Source of the DNA: Flectonema sp. DT1601
Lineage: Eukaryota
DNA: 64,000 bases
NCBI GenBank assembly: GCA_964019425.1
Contig: OZ025787.1
Span: 1,302,001 to 1,366,000 of the forward strand
Reading direction: 5' to 3'
Shown: positions 11,358 to 23,416 of the stretch, in pieces
Layout: each line of letters begins with the position of its first letter
Position numbering within the stretch: the first letter of the stretch is position 1
Translations under genes and position numbers: made by a program
The notes under the pieces: model-generated
What the model saw: the letters and a program-made list of their open reading frames with translations, nothing else
What the model was told of the DNA's origin: nothing
The model's database searches: none

Positions 11358-11712
11358 AAACCGCTGAAATCATTCTTCTCAAAAAAAAACGTAACCAACT
11401 ATGGTTTACTGCTCTCACTGTTTTGTCATTTCAGGAAGATGTGTTGCTATGACAATAACAATACCCAAATTGAGTGGGTCACATTCTGACCACACCTTTC
11501 CTGTTATTTCTGTTTTTTTTATTCATTTTTATTGATATGAACATTTCGTTTTATATTTCTTTTTTATCAGGCACTAAGTACAAAGGAGAACTTGTTGAAG
11601 GGGGGCTGGGGGGAGGGGGTACCTGTGACACACTTGGATAGTGTTTTCTTATTGTGGCATCAAATACTGAATAACACTAAATTACAGTTTACAAAAAAAA
11701 AAAAAAAAAAAA

Positions 11713-13065
11713 ATGTTATCCTTAAGAATGGTAATTGCAGTCATGTTAATTTCATGTGTTTCTTCCCTGAAAACAATATTGGTATTTTTTGAAGTGAAAG
11801 CTTCTCTGGATGAACTCATGACCTACACCTCCAGCACCGAGAGGAGAATAATAGCTATTGTTGACACTGCCCAAGGAAGATCTGGAGGTACTATGTGCTT
11901 AAATATATGCGATGAAAACACTGATTGCCTTACTTGTGGACTACCACTTCCTCAGTCAACTGAGAAAGCTAGTTACAGCTTACTTTTCAAGGGACACTCT
12001 CTTTTAGAGCTGAATGAAGTCGCTACAGCACTAAGACAACCGTTGGTTGATCTGTTTGGTGCTGAAGATGTGGGTGAGATTACAGTTGATGAGTTTGTGT
12101 CTCCTAAAATTATCTTCAGCAGCATCTCAGTAACAAGTACACTATCTAAGGTACTCACTGAGAAGGATCAGTTTATAGCAGGTGTTAACCAGATCGTTGA
12201 GCGAACAGATTCTGTTTGTCTTAAAGTATGTGAAGTCGAAGCAAACATCTGCCACACTTGCGATGTGATGATGTTGTCAACAGTTCAGATGGATCTCATT
12301 GTTGTTATCAGAGGACGTGTTTCTGGAGATCCGAGTCTAAGTCAGCTTGCTGCAGATCTGAATTTTGTTTTAAAAAACACTTTTGGAACAGGATTGAAAG
12401 AAACCTCCTTCAGTTACACAACCCCACAGCTTCCTCGTGAGGATGTTTCTCTGGCCCCACCAACACCGCAGACACCTGCGCCTGGTACAGTGTCGCCATC
12501 TGGAACGGAAATTCCACAGCAGGTGGTTGTTATTAAATACCAAATCACAATAGAACTCTCAACCCTCATTGAGAACAGCGCTGAGCTGGCGCAGAGATCT
12601 ACACAATCCCTGGGTGGAAAGGGTGGTAATGGCTGTACTACAATCTGCGAAGTTTTAAATAAAATTATCACAACCACCTGCTTCCAATGTAACGGACAAC
12701 CTGTTGCTCGGGACGCAGCAGTTTTGGAGGCAAAGAGATGGGAGATCACACTGACGGGAAGAGCGGATGCGGCAAAAGAGACATTCAGCTCTGATTTAGA
12801 TAATGCCGTTAGAGGGTTTTTGAATTCTATCGGAGGATCTTTGAACTCTATTTCTGTCACTGCTACTGGAGAAATAATCATTCCAAACGACAGCAGACCA
12901 TCAGACGATGGATTGTCTGGTGGAAGTATTGCTGGGATTGTAATTGGTTGCGTTGTAGGAGTGACCCTCATTATTGTAATCGTTTATTGTTTTGCGTGTA
13001 AGAAAAATGATGTAAACACACCAGATGAGCAAGAGGTCGATGCTAAGAATCCTGACTCTGTTTAG
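11713..13065 (+). CDS. Type I membrane/surface protein with three Cys-motif repeats
   Basis: Signal peptide MLSLRMVIAVMLISCVSS; three repeats bearing CxxxC-x(n)-CxxC; P/T linker; TM GGSIAGIVIGCVVGVTLIIVIVYCFAC; short acidic tail. Confidence 0.87.
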   Translation: MLSLRMVIAVMLISCVSSLKTILVFFEVKASLDELMTYTSSTERRIIAIVDTAQGRSGGTMCLNICDENTDCLTCGLPLPQSTEKASYSLLFKGHSLLELNEVATALRQPLVDLFGAEDVGEITVDEFVSPKIIFSSISVTSTLSKVLTEKDQFIAGVNQIVERTDSVCLKVCEVEANICHTCDVMMLSTVQMDLIVVIRGRVSGDPSLSQLAADLNFVLKNTFGTGLKETSFSYTTPQLPREDVSLAPPTPQTPAPGTVSPSGTEIPQQVVVIKYQITIELSTLIENSAELAQRSTQSLGGKGGNGCTTICEVLNKIITTTCFQCNGQPVARDAAVLEAKRWEITLTGRADAAKETFSSDLDNAVRGFLNSIGGSLNSISVTATGEIIIPNDSRPSDDGLSGGSIAGIVIGCVVGVTLIIVIVYCFACKKNDVNTPDEQEVDAKNPDSV

Positions 13066-13892
13066 TCTCTAGTGCTCAATAACTTATTTCTTGTTTTTCT
13101 CAATTATAATTAAAGAAATTACAATCAGTGGTATCCGACGCCACTGAGGATAGTTTCAACACTCATCTTGTACTTTTTATTCTTGAACTTCTGTATTCAA
13201 TTGTGTTGCCAAAACCAATTGATAGACGTGGCTTTTAAAAACCTGTTTCCTTTATTAGGATTTCGTAATAGTCGCGCATTTTATCCTTTTTTCACTCTCA
13301 CATGTTACCTAAAGACTTCATACTGGCTTGACAAGAGCCTTATACTTTTCTTATTGTTGTACTTGAGTTACCTCAATAAGTTAAATTGGAATACTCTTTT
13401 TTGTGTTTTATTTTAATATTTTCTTTCTAAATAACATTCTCATGGTTTAACAACGAGAGTTTGGCAACCTCTGGCCACTTCTTAACACTCTCTGTTTCTT
13501 GGGTTGTCATTGTGTGACTGTGGTCATGTCTTTGGCTGTTATCACTTTTTTCTCTCGGATAACTATTTCTTGAATTCAAATTCTCGTGAGGGTCATAGTC
13601 TCACCTGCAGCAGACGAGATTTTCTGCCTCCGTTTTGACTTCCTTTTGTTTCTTTTCGGTTATTTGTTGCAAAACGATATCCACAAAAAAAAAGGAAGGA
13701 ACCATTTTGTACTTGGCAAGAAAAACGTCACTCCTGACGAGATTATTTCTCCTCACATTATTTATGTGTTGGTGTGAGTGGATTCGCTCTGCGCTAGCAC
13801 TGTTTTCATTCTCTCTTTTTATGTGTTGTGGTACTTGGGTCATTATTAGTTTAACTTTCATTCGTTCAGCTTTAATACATTTTTATCAATAT

Positions 13893-14796
13893 ATGTCTTC
13901 ATTCACGAACTACACCGAGAGCGCTATGCAGAAGGCGCAGTGTGCTTTCTCAACTGGATCGGCTGAGTTTGAGTCGGTATGTCTTTTTGTTTTTTGGTTT
14001 CAAAATGATTCTCTGTGTCTTCCACACAATTCGGAGACCATTATCCAAACAGAGATACGCTCAGCTAAAGGAGAACGCAACCACTGAGAAGGTTAAGGAA
14101 AACTACGAGCATATGATTGTAGAGGTAAAGACTCGATTGGATTCCCTCCTGAACCTGATGAAGGAGTTGGTGGAGGCAACACAGACGGAGGCGAAGACTT
14201 TCGAGAGATCGAAGGAGGCTCTTGACGCGGCACAGAAAAAGGTGCAATTGCTGATTGTGAAATTCGAAGCCCTGCTGAAGGATCTACAGAAGAAGATGGG
14301 GGAGGTGTACGTAGCGTACATTCCAGAAGAGCGCAGACAGGAGATCAACAAGTTCCTTGAGGGAGCGACGAAGCAACTTAGCGAGGGACTCCTTCAGGTG
14401 AAGGATGTGTGCAAAGAAAAGGAGCTTCAGGGAGTTGCGCAGTTCGGGAAGGTCGTGGAGTGGGCGAGTGAGAAGTCGAACGAGGTGCAGACGAAAGTGT
14501 CGGAACTGACCGACGAACACGTGAAGCCGAGATTCGAATCTGCGAAGGAGGTTCTGACCAACTACTCTCCAGATGCAATGGAGAAGGCGAATGAGGGATT
14601 CTCTGCGTTGATGGACGAGGAGCAGACTTACTTTGCGAGATTGACTGCATTCATCTACATTATCCTTCATGCTATCTTTATGTTTGCTCAGCAGGGTTTT
14701 GCCGGAGCGAACGATGAAGAAGTGTGCACCATTGCTGAAGAAGCAAAGAGTGTAGACAGCCAACCGAAGACTCCTAAAACTTCAACTAGTTCGTAG
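13893..14796 (+). CDS. Amphipathic-helical/coiled-coil family protein, paralog B (275 aa); exons 13893-13976, 14053-14796
   Basis: Exon 1 MSSFTNYTESAMQKAQCAFSTGSAEFES, intron GTATGT..CCAAACAG, shared core, distinct C-terminus. Confidence 0.85.
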
Positions 14797-17081
14797 ACAA
14801 AATCTATTCTTTGCGACTGTCACTTCTACAATCGGTTCGAATTAGCTCGCTCACCGCATTGCCATCCCTGGCTAATGTAACTGAGCTTAAAAATGTCGAT
14901 ATGATGAAACCCTCTTTTGTCATGCCCACTCTGTGAGGTAATTGTGCGACTCAAAAGGAATGTATTCTAACCACGCATTGAGTTGGTAAAGAAAAGCGTT
15001 CTTGGAGCTTTTAAAAAAAAAAAAAAAAAAGACTGGTTTTGGAAAAAAAAAAAAAAATATAACACTAAGGGAAAAGTGCTTTTTCTCTTTCCCCCTTTTC
15101 ACATTTATTTCTTTTAGTTTCGTTTCGCGTGTGATGTTTATAGCAGTTTTTTTTTTCCAGTGGTGCATTGAGCATGTGGTATCATTCAACTACCTGTTTA
15201 ATAATTAATCTACACACGGAGATTCAGCTGCATTTGTCTTACTACATATAACTACATAATTATTCTCTCTCTCTTCCTTTACCCTTCGCATACCCCCCTT
15301 CACATATGTCCCTTTTCAAGTTTCTTATCCTTCGTATTCGGTGGCACGCAGGTCTTTGCAAGTAGTACCGACCGCACCCCCTAATATGGAAGAGAGCATA
15401 GTTTTTTTTTTTTTTTATATTCCCCTATTCGTTTCTGTTCTTCAACATACCGAGTGAACAGAGGAATTTTAAAAAGGAAAAAAAAAAAAAGAAGGAAAGA
15501 TAATAAATACCTGCTATTTCTTTTTGTTATTGTGTTGCGAGTGTCGTTTTTTCCCCCTTCTATCTGAAATCAGGACCGTTGGTTTTCGTTTCTCATGGCG
15601 TTTTCAATTTGCAAGCCTGTCAACGGGGGTTACGCAACGATTTCGTCAACGTAGCGTTCATACAAAAAAATTCTAAACTGTTTTTTTGGTCTCATTTGGA
15701 CAGCTTCAGTTTTTTTTTTTTTTTTTTCTTCCTCCTCCCTTCCACACATAGGTTACGAATCCTATTTTTTTTTTTTTCATATATTTTCTATTGTACTCAA
15801 TTTACTTATGTTGTTGTTGTCAGCTCATGCCACAGTTGAGTTTCTCGTCCGCAAGCATACGTGGATCCCTTTTTTTTTTATTTTATTTTTGCATTTTGTA
15901 TATGAATTAATCATAAATAATTATGTTGTCTTCTTTACCATGAACAACATGTTTTTTAAACAACAACAAAAAAATATAGATAATGATAACATTGGTTAAG
16001 TACGGCATAAACAAAAACGTGAAAACACGAGCAAAACCAATTAAAAAAAAAAAAAAAAAAAAAAGTCGAATTAGCTTGTTTATAGCATTGCTCGGTTTCA
16101 ATTTACTCCTTTTGTGTAAAAGGACAACGCACTTTCGCTTTAAGTTCGTTTCCTCGTGTACTACAGTCGCGTTACTACTTTTTGGTATACGGCATTGTTT
16201 GTACTTTATTTTTTTAAACTCTCCTGTTATGCTCCAATTATTATTAAATTAGTATTTAGCTCCTGTAATGGGCACTGGAGCGGGAAGGTTAACTACCTAT
16301 CTGATGTCACACAGGAAAGAAATCGCGTTTAGCAGTGAATTAGGACCATTGAAGAACTTTTGAATGCATTCGCAATAGATAGTTCTCGCTGTTCCTTTTT
16401 CCACCCCATACAGCGGGGGTTTCCTATTTTCTTTCTACCTAGGTTTTTCCTTTCACCTTTTATTTTGTTTTCTTCTTCTTTTTCCCTTATGAATTCTCTC
16501 TGCTACATTTCTGTATGGCACTTCAAGGCAGCGTGCTAATGGGAGGTGATAATTGTTGTTTATTTAACATTCTCCATCCCCAGTTTGCTGTAATACGAAT
16601 GTTCTCGTAGTTTGGAATAATATTTGTATTTGTGAAGCGCTGCTTTGTGTGTCATCCCGCTGGAGGAAATGAAAAAATAGTGAGGGAGACAAAAAGAAAA
16701 GAACACTCTTTACTCAAACATTACATGTTTTTCCTTTGTAGTACCTCCAGCTTGCCCCTTACGTTTTGCATAGCAACCAGGCTGTTATTGAGTCCACCAG
16801 ATAACAACGTGACGAATACAGCTGCTAGGCTTTACAGGGACTTGAAAGGTCTGCTTCCCCATACGTACTCCTATCAATTACTTGGGATGCATAACACGTT
16901 CTATCGATTTTAATGATGCTATTTGCAAGAAAGATGGTTGTTACACTTGTTTGCCTTCCTCAGAATTATTTACAATAATACATTGGGAGGTGTGTGTCAA
17001 CAGGTACTAATGTTTATCATTTTCAACGCTTTGCATTATTTATTTCTTACCGACAGCCATACACGCCTCTTCATCAATAAA

Positions 17082-18059
17082 ATGTCTGCCATCGCAACCC
17101 TTCTTGCCGCCGGAGCTGCCGCGTCATACCAGTGCCCTGGAAGCCCTGCTTTCGTGTACGCCTCATGTGAAGTTACAGCGATTGTCAAAGGATCATGTAG
17201 CCTTGTTGGTGTTGAAATCGCTAACCGTCTTACTGGAGTTGACGGATGGACTGATCCACATAACGGTGGAACCTACAAGATGACCCAAAACACCTCAACT
17301 TCTATCTCTGGACAGAGGGAAACTGGTTCCGCTCCACACACTCCAGGAAAGCACTACACTGACAAGTTCACGTTGACTCTGACCCCAATTGATAGCTTCA
17401 CATGCTCTGTTGCTGCTTGCTCGGAGAGCCAGTCTGCTAGTTTCTTGGACTTCTCAACCAACTACTGTGATGTTCGTAACCTTTACTGCGGTAGGGCTGA
17501 TGGATGCACTCCAGTCAGCTTCGACTTCAACAACACCGAGTCATTCGGAGACTGCAAGCAACACGATCCTACTCAGTGTATTGTGAAGCCACAACCACCT
17601 GCAGTAGTTGAGAACTTGAAGGAATCCTACAAGTGCCCTGGATCTCCTCATGCTCTCCATGCTTCATGTGAAGTTAGCGCCTTGGCCAACGCCACCTGCT
17701 TTCAGGTAATGAACGAAGCCAATGCCAGAGCTAACGGAACTAGTGGATGGGTTGACCCTCACCACGGAGGTATCTACAGTCTTACTACTGTCACCCCAAC
17801 TCTTATTGAAGGTACTCACAAGACTGGTAAGTCACCACATTTCACTGACAAGTTCATTCTGACCCTCGCTAATGTAAACGGAAAGTGTCAGATTAGTTCT
17901 TGTTCAGAATCTCAGGTGACCAGCGTTCTTGACGGATCAACCAACTACTGCAATGTACACAACTTGTACTCAAATGACGTGAAGAGTGCCCTGTTCAGTT
18001 TCTCTTCAATCGAGTCATTCGGAACCTGTCACGAGCACACAGCTTCTGACTGCCATTAA
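17082..18059 (+). CDS. Secreted Cys-rich two-domain protein, array copy 1 (325 aa)
   Basis: Signal peptide MSAIATLLAAGAAAS; two internal repeats CPGSP..SCEV..GWxDPHxGGxY..[YF]TDKF..CSESQ..DxSTNYC; T-rich acceptor at 17056. Confidence 0.9.
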   Translation: MSAIATLLAAGAAASYQCPGSPAFVYASCEVTAIVKGSCSLVGVEIANRLTGVDGWTDPHNGGTYKMTQNTSTSISGQRETGSAPHTPGKHYTDKFTLTLTPIDSFTCSVAACSESQSASFLDFSTNYCDVRNLYCGRADGCTPVSFDFNNTESFGDCKQHDPTQCIVKPQPPAVVENLKESYKCPGSPHALHASCEVSALANATCFQVMNEANARANGTSGWVDPHHGGIYSLTTVTPTLIEGTHKTGKSPHFTDKFILTLANVNGKCQISSCSESQVTSVLDGSTNYCNVHNLYSNDVKSALFSFSSIESFGTCHEHTASDCH

Positions 18060-19193
18060 ACAGACTGCTGTTCCAAATGAAAATACTTATGGTGATGCCA
18101 TTAAGGGTACACCGCACATTTTCTTCTTTCTTTTTTATTTGTTTTGTTTTTGCTGATGTGTCCTTTTCAAAGTTCACATTGAGCCACCACCATCCCATCA
18201 ATCGCTTATCATAATAGTCACCTCAGGGTTTGATTTTATGTAATGATGCTTCCTGTTTTTGTCTCTTTGACTCAAGTTTGTTCCTCTCTGACTGTTTTAT
18301 CGAAGCGTTTCAAGTGAATTAAATCGTACTGGGGGATCGAGATTTGTTCTCTTTCCCTCAGCAGCATAATCTTTTTTTTGAAAGTTATTTATTTTATTGA
18401 CAAGTAATTAATAAGTTAAACCTACACTCTGCTGTATCACATTATACTCACGACTTATTAAGTAAATTGAATAACTCGATTCCGTATTGCACTGAATGAC
18501 GACACGGAAAAAGAGATGTGTGTGCAACTGAGTTAGAAACATTAGTAATAATGTAAAGTCTTGTACGTCATCTGACAGAGTGGTTGCCTATACTAATATT
18601 ACCTTTAGTCAACTTGTATCATAACTAACTTTTATTTTAGTTAACTCTTGATGCAATGCAGATATTAAATTCTTCTTATACAAACTGAAACGTTTAATCC
18701 AGCGAGGGGAAGTTTCTTATTTTCTTTTGCTTCAAATCCCCATCAGGATGGAAGCTGCAACAAAACCTGCGTCGAATTTATTGTTTTCCCATCTACCCAG
18801 GTTTTTTCCTTTCACCTTTTATTTTGTTTTCTTCTTCTTTTTCCCTTATGGATTCTCTCTGCTACATTTCTGTATGGCACTTCAAGACAGCGTGCTAATG
18901 GGAGGTGATAATTGTTGTTTATTTAACATTCTCCATCCCTTGATTGCTGTAATACGAATGTTTGCGAAGCGCTGTTTTGTGTGTCATCTCCGCTGGAGGA
19001 AATGAAAAAATAGTTAGGGAGACAAAAAGAAAAGAACACTCTTTACTCAAACATTACGTGTTTTTCCTTTGCAGTATTCCTATCAATTACTTGGGGTACA
19101 TAGCACGTTCTATCGATTTTAATGATGTATCATTTCAACGCTTTGCATTATTTATTTCTTACCGACAGCCATACACGCCTCTTCATCAATAAA

Positions 19194-20171
19194 ATGTCTG
19201 CCATCGCAACCCTTCTTGCCGCCGGAGCTGCCGCGTCATACCAGTGCCCTGGAAGCCCTGCTTTCGTGTACGCCTCATGTGAAGTTACAGCGATTGTCAA
19301 AGGATCATGTAGCCTTGTTGGTGTTGAAATCGCTAACCGTCTTACTGGAGTTGACGGATGGACTGATCCGCACAACGGTGGAACCTACAAGATGACCCAA
19401 AACACCTCAACTTCTATCTCTGGACAGAGGGAAACTGGTTCCGCTCCACACACTCCAGGAAAGCACTACACTGACAAGTTCACGTTGACTCTGACCCCAA
19501 TTGATAGCTTCACATGCTCTGTTGCTGCTTGCTCGGAGAGCCAGTCTGCTAGTTTCTTGGACTTCTCAACCAACTACTGTGATGTTCGTAACCTTTACTG
19601 CGGTAGGGCTGATGGATGCACTCCAGTCAGCTTCGACTTCAACAACACTGAGTCATTCGGAGACTGCAAGCAACACGATCCTACTCAGTGTATTGTGAAG
19701 CCACAACCACCTGCAGTAGTTGAGAACTTGAAGGAATCCTACAAGTGCCCTGGATCTCCTCATGCTCTCCATGCTTCATGTGAAGTTAGCGCCTTGGCCA
19801 ACGCCACCTGCTTTCAGGTAATGAACGAAGCCAATGCCAGAGCTAACGGAACTAGTGGATGGGTTGACCCTCACCACGGAGGTATCTACAGTCTTACTAC
19901 TGTCACCCCAACTCTTATTGAAGGTACTCACAAGACTGGTAAGTCACCACATTTCACTGACAAGTTCATTCTGACCCTCGCTAATGTAAACGGAAAGTGT
20001 CAGATTAGTTCTTGTTCAGAATCTCAGGTGACCAGCGTTCTTGACGGATCAACCAACTACTGCAATGTACACAACTTGTACTCAAATGACGTGAAGAGTG
20101 CCCTGTTCAGTTTCTCTTCAATCGAGTCATTCGGAACCTGTCACGAGCACACAGCTTCTGATTGCCATTAA
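19194..20171 (+). CDS. Secreted Cys-rich two-domain protein, array copy 2
   Basis: Protein identical to copy 1. Confidence 0.9.
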   Translation: MSAIATLLAAGAAASYQCPGSPAFVYASCEVTAIVKGSCSLVGVEIANRLTGVDGWTDPHNGGTYKMTQNTSTSISGQRETGSAPHTPGKHYTDKFTLTLTPIDSFTCSVAACSESQSASFLDFSTNYCDVRNLYCGRADGCTPVSFDFNNTESFGDCKQHDPTQCIVKPQPPAVVENLKESYKCPGSPHALHASCEVSALANATCFQVMNEANARANGTSGWVDPHHGGIYSLTTVTPTLIEGTHKTGKSPHFTDKFILTLANVNGKCQISSCSESQVTSVLDGSTNYCNVHNLYSNDVKSALFSFSSIESFGTCHEHTASDCH

Positions 20172-21304
20172 ACAGACTGCTGTTCCAAATGAAAATACTT
20201 ATGGTGATGCCGTTAAGGGTACACCGCACATTTTTTTCTTTCTTTTTTATTTGTTTTGTTTTTGCTGATGAGTACTTTTCAAAGTTCACATTGAGCCACC
20301 ACCATCCCATCAATCGCTTATCATAATAGTCACCTCAGGGTTTGATTTTATGTAATGATGCTTCCTGTTTTTGTCTCTTTGACTCAAGTTTGTTCCTCTC
20401 TGACTGTTTTATCGAAGCGTTTCAAGTGAATTAAATCGTACTGGGGGATCGAGATTTGTTCTCTTTCCCTCAGCAGCATAATCTTTTTTTTGAAAGTTAT
20501 TTATTTTATTGACAAGTAATTAATAAGTTAAACCTACACTCTGCTGTATCACATTATACTCACGACTTATTAAGTAAATTGAATAACTCGATTCCGTATT
20601 GCACTGAATGACGACACGGAAAAAGAGATGTGTGTGCAACTGAGTTAGAAACATTAGTAATAATGTAAAGTCTTGTACGTCATCTGACAGAGTGGTTGCC
20701 TATACTAATATTACCTTTAGTCAACTTGTATCATAACTAACTTTTATTTTAGTTAACTCTTGATGCAATGCAGATATTAAATTCTTCTTATACAAACTGA
20801 AACGTTTAATCCAGCGAGGGGAAGTTTCTTATTTTCTTTTGCTTCAAATCCCCATCAGGATGGAAGCTGCAACAAAACCTGCGTCGAATTTATTGTTTTC
20901 CCATCTACCCAGGTTTTCCCTTTCACCTTTTATTTTGTTTTCTTCTTCTTTTTCCCTTATGGATTCTCTCTGCTACATTTCTGTATGGCACTTCAAGACA
21001 GCGTGCTAATGGGAGGTGATAATTGTTGTTTATTTAACATTCTCCATCCCTTGATTGCTGTAATACGAATGTTTGCGAAGCGCTGTTTTGTGTGTCATCT
21101 CCGCTGGAGGAAATGAAAAAATAGTTAGGGAGACAAAAAGAAAAGAACACTCTTTACTCAAACATTACGTGTTTTTCCTTTGCAGTATTCCTATCAATTA
21201 CTTGGGGTACATAGCACGTTCTATCGATTTTAATGATGTATCATTTCAACGCTTTGCATTATTTATTTCTTACCGACAGCCATACACGCCTCTTCATCAA
21301 TAAA

Positions 21305-22282
21305 ATGTCTGCCATCGCAACCCTTCTTGCCGCCGGAGCTGCCGCGTCATACCAGTGCCCTGGAAGCCCTGCTTTCGTGTACGCCTCATGTGAAGTTACA
21401 GCGATTGTCAAAGGATCATGTAGCCTTGTTGGTGTTGAAATCGCTAACCGTCTTACTGGAGTTGACGGATGGACTGATCCACACAACGGTGGAACCTACA
21501 AGATGACCCAAAACACCTCAACTTCTATCTCTGGACAGAGGGAAACTGGTTCCGCTCCACACACTCCAGGAAAGCACTACACTGACAAGTTCACGTTGAC
21601 TCTGACCCCAATTGATAGCTTCACATGCTCTGTTGCTGCTTGCTCGGAGAGCCAGTCTGCTAGTTTCTTGGACTTCTCAACCAACTACTGTGATGTTCGT
21701 AACCTTTACTGCGGTAGGGCTGATGGATGCACTCCAGTCAGCTTCGACTTCAACAACACCGAGTCATTCGGAGACTGCAAGCAACACGATCCTACTCAGT
21801 GTATTGTGAAGCCACAACCACCTGCAGTAGTTGAGAACTTGAAGGAATCCTACAAGTGCCCTGGATCTCCTCATGCTCTCCATGCTTCATGTGAAGTTAG
21901 CGCCTTGGCCAACGCCACCTGCTTTCAGGTAATGAACGAAGCCAATGCCAGAGCTAACGGAACTAGTGGATGGGTTGACCCTCACCACGGAGGTATCTAC
22001 AGTCTTACTACTGTCACCCCAACTCTTATTGAAGGTACTCACAAGACTGGTAAGTCACCACATTTCACTGACAAGTTCATTCTGACCCTCGCTAATGTAA
22101 ACGGAAAGTGTCAGATTAGTTCTTGTTCAGAATCTCAGGTGACCAGCGTTCTTGACGGATCAACCAACTACTGCAATGTACACAACTTGTACTCAAATGA
22201 CGTGAAGAGTGCCCTGTTCAGTTTCTCTTCAATCGAGTCATTCGGAACCTGTCACGAGCACACAGCTTCTGACTGCCATTAA
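21305..22282 (+). CDS. Secreted Cys-rich two-domain protein, array copy 3
   Basis: Protein identical to copy 1. Confidence 0.9.
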   Translation: MSAIATLLAAGAAASYQCPGSPAFVYASCEVTAIVKGSCSLVGVEIANRLTGVDGWTDPHNGGTYKMTQNTSTSISGQRETGSAPHTPGKHYTDKFTLTLTPIDSFTCSVAACSESQSASFLDFSTNYCDVRNLYCGRADGCTPVSFDFNNTESFGDCKQHDPTQCIVKPQPPAVVENLKESYKCPGSPHALHASCEVSALANATCFQVMNEANARANGTSGWVDPHHGGIYSLTTVTPTLIEGTHKTGKSPHFTDKFILTLANVNGKCQISSCSESQVTSVLDGSTNYCNVHNLYSNDVKSALFSFSSIESFGTCHEHTASDCH

Positions 22283-23416
22283 ACAGACTGCTGTTCCAAA
22301 TGAAAATACTTATGGTGATGCCATTAAGGGTACACCGCACATTTTCTTCTTTCTTTTTTATTTGTTTTGTTTTTGCTGATGTGTCCTTTTCAAAGTTCAC
22401 ATTGAGCCACCACCATCCCATCAATCGCTTATCATAATAGTCACCTCAGGGTTTGATTTTATGTAATGATGCTTCCTGTTTTTGTCTCTTTGACTCAAGT
22501 TTGTTCCTCTCTGACTGTTTTATCGAAGCGTTTCAAGTGAATTAAATCGTACTGGGGGATCGAGATTTGTTCTCTTTCCCTCAGCAGCATAATCTTTTTT
22601 TTGAAAGTTATTTATTTTATTGACAAGTAATTAATAAGTTAAACCTACACTCTGCTGTATCACATTATACTCACGACTTATTAAGTAAATTGAATAACTC
22701 GATTCCGTATTGCACTGAATGACGACACGGAAAAAGAGATGTGTGTGCAACTGAGTTAGAAACATTAGTAATAATGTAAAGTCTTGTACGTCATCTGACA
22801 GAGTGGTTGCCTATACTAATATTACCTTTAGTCAACTTGTATCATAACTAACTTTTATTTTAGTTAACTCTTGATGCAATGCAGATATTAAATTCTTCTT
22901 ATACAAACTGAAACGTTTAATCCAGCGAGGGGAAGTTTCTTATTTTCTTTTGCTTCAAATCCCCATCAGGATGGAAGCTGCAACAAAACCTGCGTCGAAT
23001 TTATTGTTTTCCCATCTACCCAGGTTTTTTCCTTTCACCTTTTATTTTGTTTTCTTCTTCTTTTTCCCTTATGGATTCTCTCTGCTACATTTCTGTATGG
23101 CACTTCAAGACAGCGTGCTAATGGGAGGTGATAATTGTTGTTTATTTAACATTCTCCATCCCTTGATTGCTGTAATACGAATGTTTGCGAAGCGCTGTTT
23201 TGTGTGTCATCTCCGCTGGAGGAAATGAAAAAATAGTTAGGGAGACAAAAAGAAAAGAACACTCTTTACTCAAACATTACGTGTTTTTCCTTTGCAGTAT
23301 TCCTATCAATTACTTGGGGTACATAGCACGTTCTATCGATTTTAATGATGTATCATTTCAACGCTTTGCATTATTTATTTCTTACCGACAGCCATACACG
23401 CCTCTTCATCAATAAA

